A DNA stretch of 64,000 nucleotides from Candidatus Poribacteria bacterium (GTDB taxonomy: Bacteria; Poribacteria; WGA-4E; WGA-3G). The notes beneath the pieces were generated by a model. That model did not search any database. It worked only from the letters and a program-made list of their open reading frames with translations, and was not told the origin of the DNA. The position numbers were made by a program, and so were the translations under genes. This document shows positions 61,375 to 64,000 of this stretch, piece by piece. The DNA is taken from contig CBDBFU010000020.1 in NCBI GenBank assembly GCA_965205025.1, forward strand, positions 256,001 to 320,000, given 5' to 3'. How positions within the stretch are numbered: position 1 is the first letter of the stretch; each line of letters opens with the position of its first letter.

Positions 61375-61420
61375 ATACTGAGACAGTTGATCGAGTTGTT
61401 GTTGCATTTCTCTATGCCTC

Positions 61421-61560
61421 GAAAAAATGAAAAAAGTTACACTTTTTGTCACTCGGTGTGACATTGAAATTGACACAAATTATACCTATAACGCCTGTCA
61501 TAGACTGCGTTTACGGCACTATGAATTGATTTTATAAGAATTTCAAAAAAATGTGATTTT
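61421..61560 (-). repeat. Dispersed ~130-bp element, copy of 31081-31210
   Basis: 37-bp core has one mismatch to 31163-31199. Confidence 0.75.
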
Positions 61561-61722
61561 GTGTTTTTGTTGTTCTTACGGATTTTGGTGCTCTCTACCG
61601 TTAAAAAGGTATGCTTTTTTGACGTAAATGAAACTTTGTAATTAGGATCGTTTTTATAGATAGTCATAAGTTTTAGTTATTGGTATTTATAGTAAACTTT
61701 AGATTTAATTAGACACTTTACT

Positions 61723-61766
61723 TGTAGGAGCGACCTCCTGGTCGCGACCGGGAGGTCGCTCCTACA
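61723..61766. repeat. Inverted GTAG-REP doublet (REPIN-like palindrome)
   Basis: tgtaggagcgacctcc...ggaggtcgctcctaca. Confidence 0.75.
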
Positions 61767-62295
61767 GAAGAGGTGTGGGACGCGAACGTAAGTTGAGCCA
61801 ATAGAAAATGTAGTATTCATTTTATTGTTTACTATAGTTATTTTTCTAACCCGTAATTTATTTTCATTTTGAGAAAAATTATTACTATGTTTTTCTGTTT
61901 TTGTGATATATATCTATGTTAGTTGTTAGAGATGCATGTTTTCTTCATATTTTATTTATGAAAATGTTTGATCCGTTTCATTTAATGCTTGTTAATGTCA
62001 TTAACTTTACATACCCTGCAATTGCGCAATTGATTCGGTAGGAAAATCGGATACTCTTTTCGCTTAGATTACTATTGTAGGACAATCTTGGTTAGATAGT
62101 GGACAAACTTACTAATGACAGTATATTCTATAGTTGAATTACTCGTTGTACCTGTCAGGTATAGACACAAAATTTAATTTGATGAGTCATTTTTGCTCTG
62201 TTCAGTTTTTTCTAAATCTTCTTTCTTTTTCATTTGTTTCTTAGTGAAGTGTCAACGGTAATTCAGACCACAAAACCAGCAAAATTATGACAAGT

Positions 62296-62418
62296 TAGGA
62301 CTTACGCAAGCACAATGAATTTCATTATTACGAATGCGTCTGCTTTTGAAAAACACACGTATTTACAAAGTCCTTATGTTTGTAGTCTGGGGATTATCGC
62401 TGTCTATGTTAAGTCCTA
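62296..62418. mobile_element. Degenerate MITE-like element (family D)
   Basis: Ends taggactta.../...taagtccta; internal GTAG at 62382; the right end overlaps the antitoxin stop codon. Confidence 0.45.
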
Positions 62419-62775
62419 TTTACGCGGACTCCGTAATAGATCGTGTAACACTGGATTGGACGTTATTTCTGTCGGTGGCAGATTAATGGGGAACACTCCT
62501 CCAAAAGAGGCGAAAATTGAACTAAGGATATGAAGAGATGGCATGGAGCCATTGTTTACAATGTCTGAAAGTAAGGTCGGATCAATGTTAACTTGTTCTG
62601 AAATGTTATGAATCCCACCTTGTGCTTCTATTACATTTTTTATTCCCTTTAGAAAAAATGCTTTGTCGCCATCATCTAAATATTCTTCAAGAGAAACTTC
62701 AAGATATCCGACAACATCTTCTGGATAAGAAAGACGTTCCATTAAAATTTCATGCCATGTTCTAAATCGTTCCAT
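62416..62775 (-). CDS. Addiction-module antidote-type HTH antitoxin
   Basis: YLEVSLEE..GD..FFLKGIKNVIEAQGG..ISEQ..L..G.MPSL..L pattern. Probable start MERFR at 62775. Confidence 0.7.
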   Translation of the reverse strand: MERFRTWHEILMERLSYPEDVVGYLEVSLEEYLDDGDKAFFLKGIKNVIEAQGGIHNISEQVNIDPTLLSDIVNNGSMPSLHILSSIFASFGGVFPINLPPTEITSNPVLHDLLRSPRK

Positions 62776-62833
62776 GGTTATGTTCCTTGTATCTTTGTTC
62801 GGCATCTAACGAATATTCTTTTGCTCGTTCAAT
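62762..62833 (-). pseudogene. C-terminal remnant of a RelE-like addiction-module toxin
   Basis: Translates IERAKEYSLDAEQRYKEHNHGTI* and overlaps the antitoxin start; the upstream toxin body is absent. Confidence 0.4.
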
Positions 62834-62905
62834 CTTTCCACCAAGTTCTGCCTTCAGCGTGTAGGTGCTATGATTATGGTGTTATAACTTTAATTTCCCT
62901 TCTAT

Positions 62906-63889
62906 TTATTCAATAAGTGAGACTTTTTCAAGTACCTCTGCAATTTGAGAAATACGTACCATGCCCCCATTAAGGTTGTTGTCATCCATCAGTTTTCTTA
63001 ATGGTTCATCAAAATAGCCATTTGCATACGGGGACATTGCGACAGTCTTTATTAATGTTCCTAAATTGACATTTATGTTGAGTCCTTCTTTAGGGATGTC
63101 TTTCAATATGTTAGTTTTTCCGGCATTGAATAATGAAAAGTCATATTCAAATAGTTTATCATTATAAAAAGGAATATCTGAAGTGTAAATTCGATCTAAG
63201 TATTTATTACATATAGAATCGAATGAAATTACAGCGCGGACTTCGTGTTCGTCGGCATATACATCTCTTTTATGTATAATAGGTGCGTAAAATAAATTAA
63301 GGACGTTTTCAGGTTTGTTTAAGTCTATTGCCGTAAAGTCCTCATAACCTTCAATATGTTCATTTTCATAATCTTTATATTTTACTGTACCTATATGTAT
63401 GTCGTATTCGGTCAATTCAAAACTATTGATGAGATCGCCGACAGTAGTTTGAATTGCTATTGATGTTGGACTTTTATCCCCATATTCTGCCCACATAGAA
63501 TGACTTTCATTATCACTTAGAAACCAGCAATTGCAAAACATTAGGTGTTTTGAAAATTTTGTTAGTAGTGTATCAAATGAATGAATAAGAGATAACATTT
63601 GTTTTTTCTCGAGTCCATCTGGATATTCTTCCATATCTTCCTTTCTTCTTCGGAAAACATCATCTTGTTCTATAGGTGTATTTTTATCATTTAATAAACT
63701 TGTTTTATAGACTTCTGTTCTGGACTTATCTGATAGTTCACCTTCATATTTGTCATTAAATACAGTAATTTTCGGAAAATAAATTAAGTGTGTTTTGAGC
63801 ATTGACATGAATTTATCTATATGCATATATCTCCATAAAATTTCTGTATTGGATGGAGTATCAAAGTAGGGACTTTCTTGGTAGGGCAT
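62906..63889 (-). CDS. DUF2971-like hypothetical protein
   Basis: LWRYM..KF, CNCWF..ESHSMW.EY, KR..Y.DE.EVR motifs. Confidence 0.6.
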   Translation of the reverse strand: MPYQESPYFDTPSNTEILWRYMHIDKFMSMLKTHLIYFPKITVFNDKYEGELSDKSRTEVYKTSLLNDKNTPIEQDDVFRRRKEDMEEYPDGLEKKQMLSLIHSFDTLLTKFSKHLMFCNCWFLSDNESHSMWAEYGDKSPTSIAIQTTVGDLINSFELTEYDIHIGTVKYKDYENEHIEGYEDFTAIDLNKPENVLNLFYAPIIHKRDVYADEHEVRAVISFDSICNKYLDRIYTSDIPFYNDKLFEYDFSLFNAGKTNILKDIPKEGLNINVNLGTLIKTVAMSPYANGYFDEPLRKLMDDNNLNGGMVRISQIAEVLEKVSLIE

Positions 63890-64000
63890 TTCGTGTTCTT
63901 TTTGATCCTCTAAATAAATTTTGAAAATATGGGCAGTAATGAGAAACCAATATTCATAATTTATTTCCTTTTACATTTACGGGATGTTATCCTAATTCTC

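Overview
AT-rich bacterial chromosomal segment. Its gene families suggest Candidatus Poribacteria or a related lineage (inference): secreted LamG/DUF1080-like proteins ending in a 'VxPxxKxxxxWGxxK' tail, LRR/cohesin/dockerin proteins ending in a 'YPNPFNPETWIP' FlgD-Ig-like domain, and sulfatase/sugar-acid catabolic genes. Housekeeping genes include a UbiD-family decarboxylase, accD, topA, ftsE/ftsX, polX, gmhB, a heptose kinase, wza/wzc, ugd, tatD and tRNA-Leu(CAG). One intact-looking IS has 15-bp TIRs and a 7-bp target duplication. Several small TIR-bounded elements each enclose a GTAG-REP-type hairpin, and the right end is a decayed defence-like region (orphan hsdS, orphan antitoxin, DUF2971-like gene). 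The most notable candidates are: (1) a three-gene cellulosome-like cluster with no recognisable glycosidase: a tri-cohesin scaffoldin, a two-CxxCH cytochrome-LRR-cohesin-dockerin protein and an LRR-dockerin protein; (2) a second, short C-terminal WGxxK motif on four secreted proteins; (3) a stand-alone catalytic-domain tyrosine recombinase preceded by a 15-6-15 palindrome and a perfect 9x17-bp array; (4) an FtsE and a PolX with degenerate catalytic motifs. Several single-base frameshifts fall at homopolymers and are probably sequencing errors. All family calls come from motif reading, not database searches.
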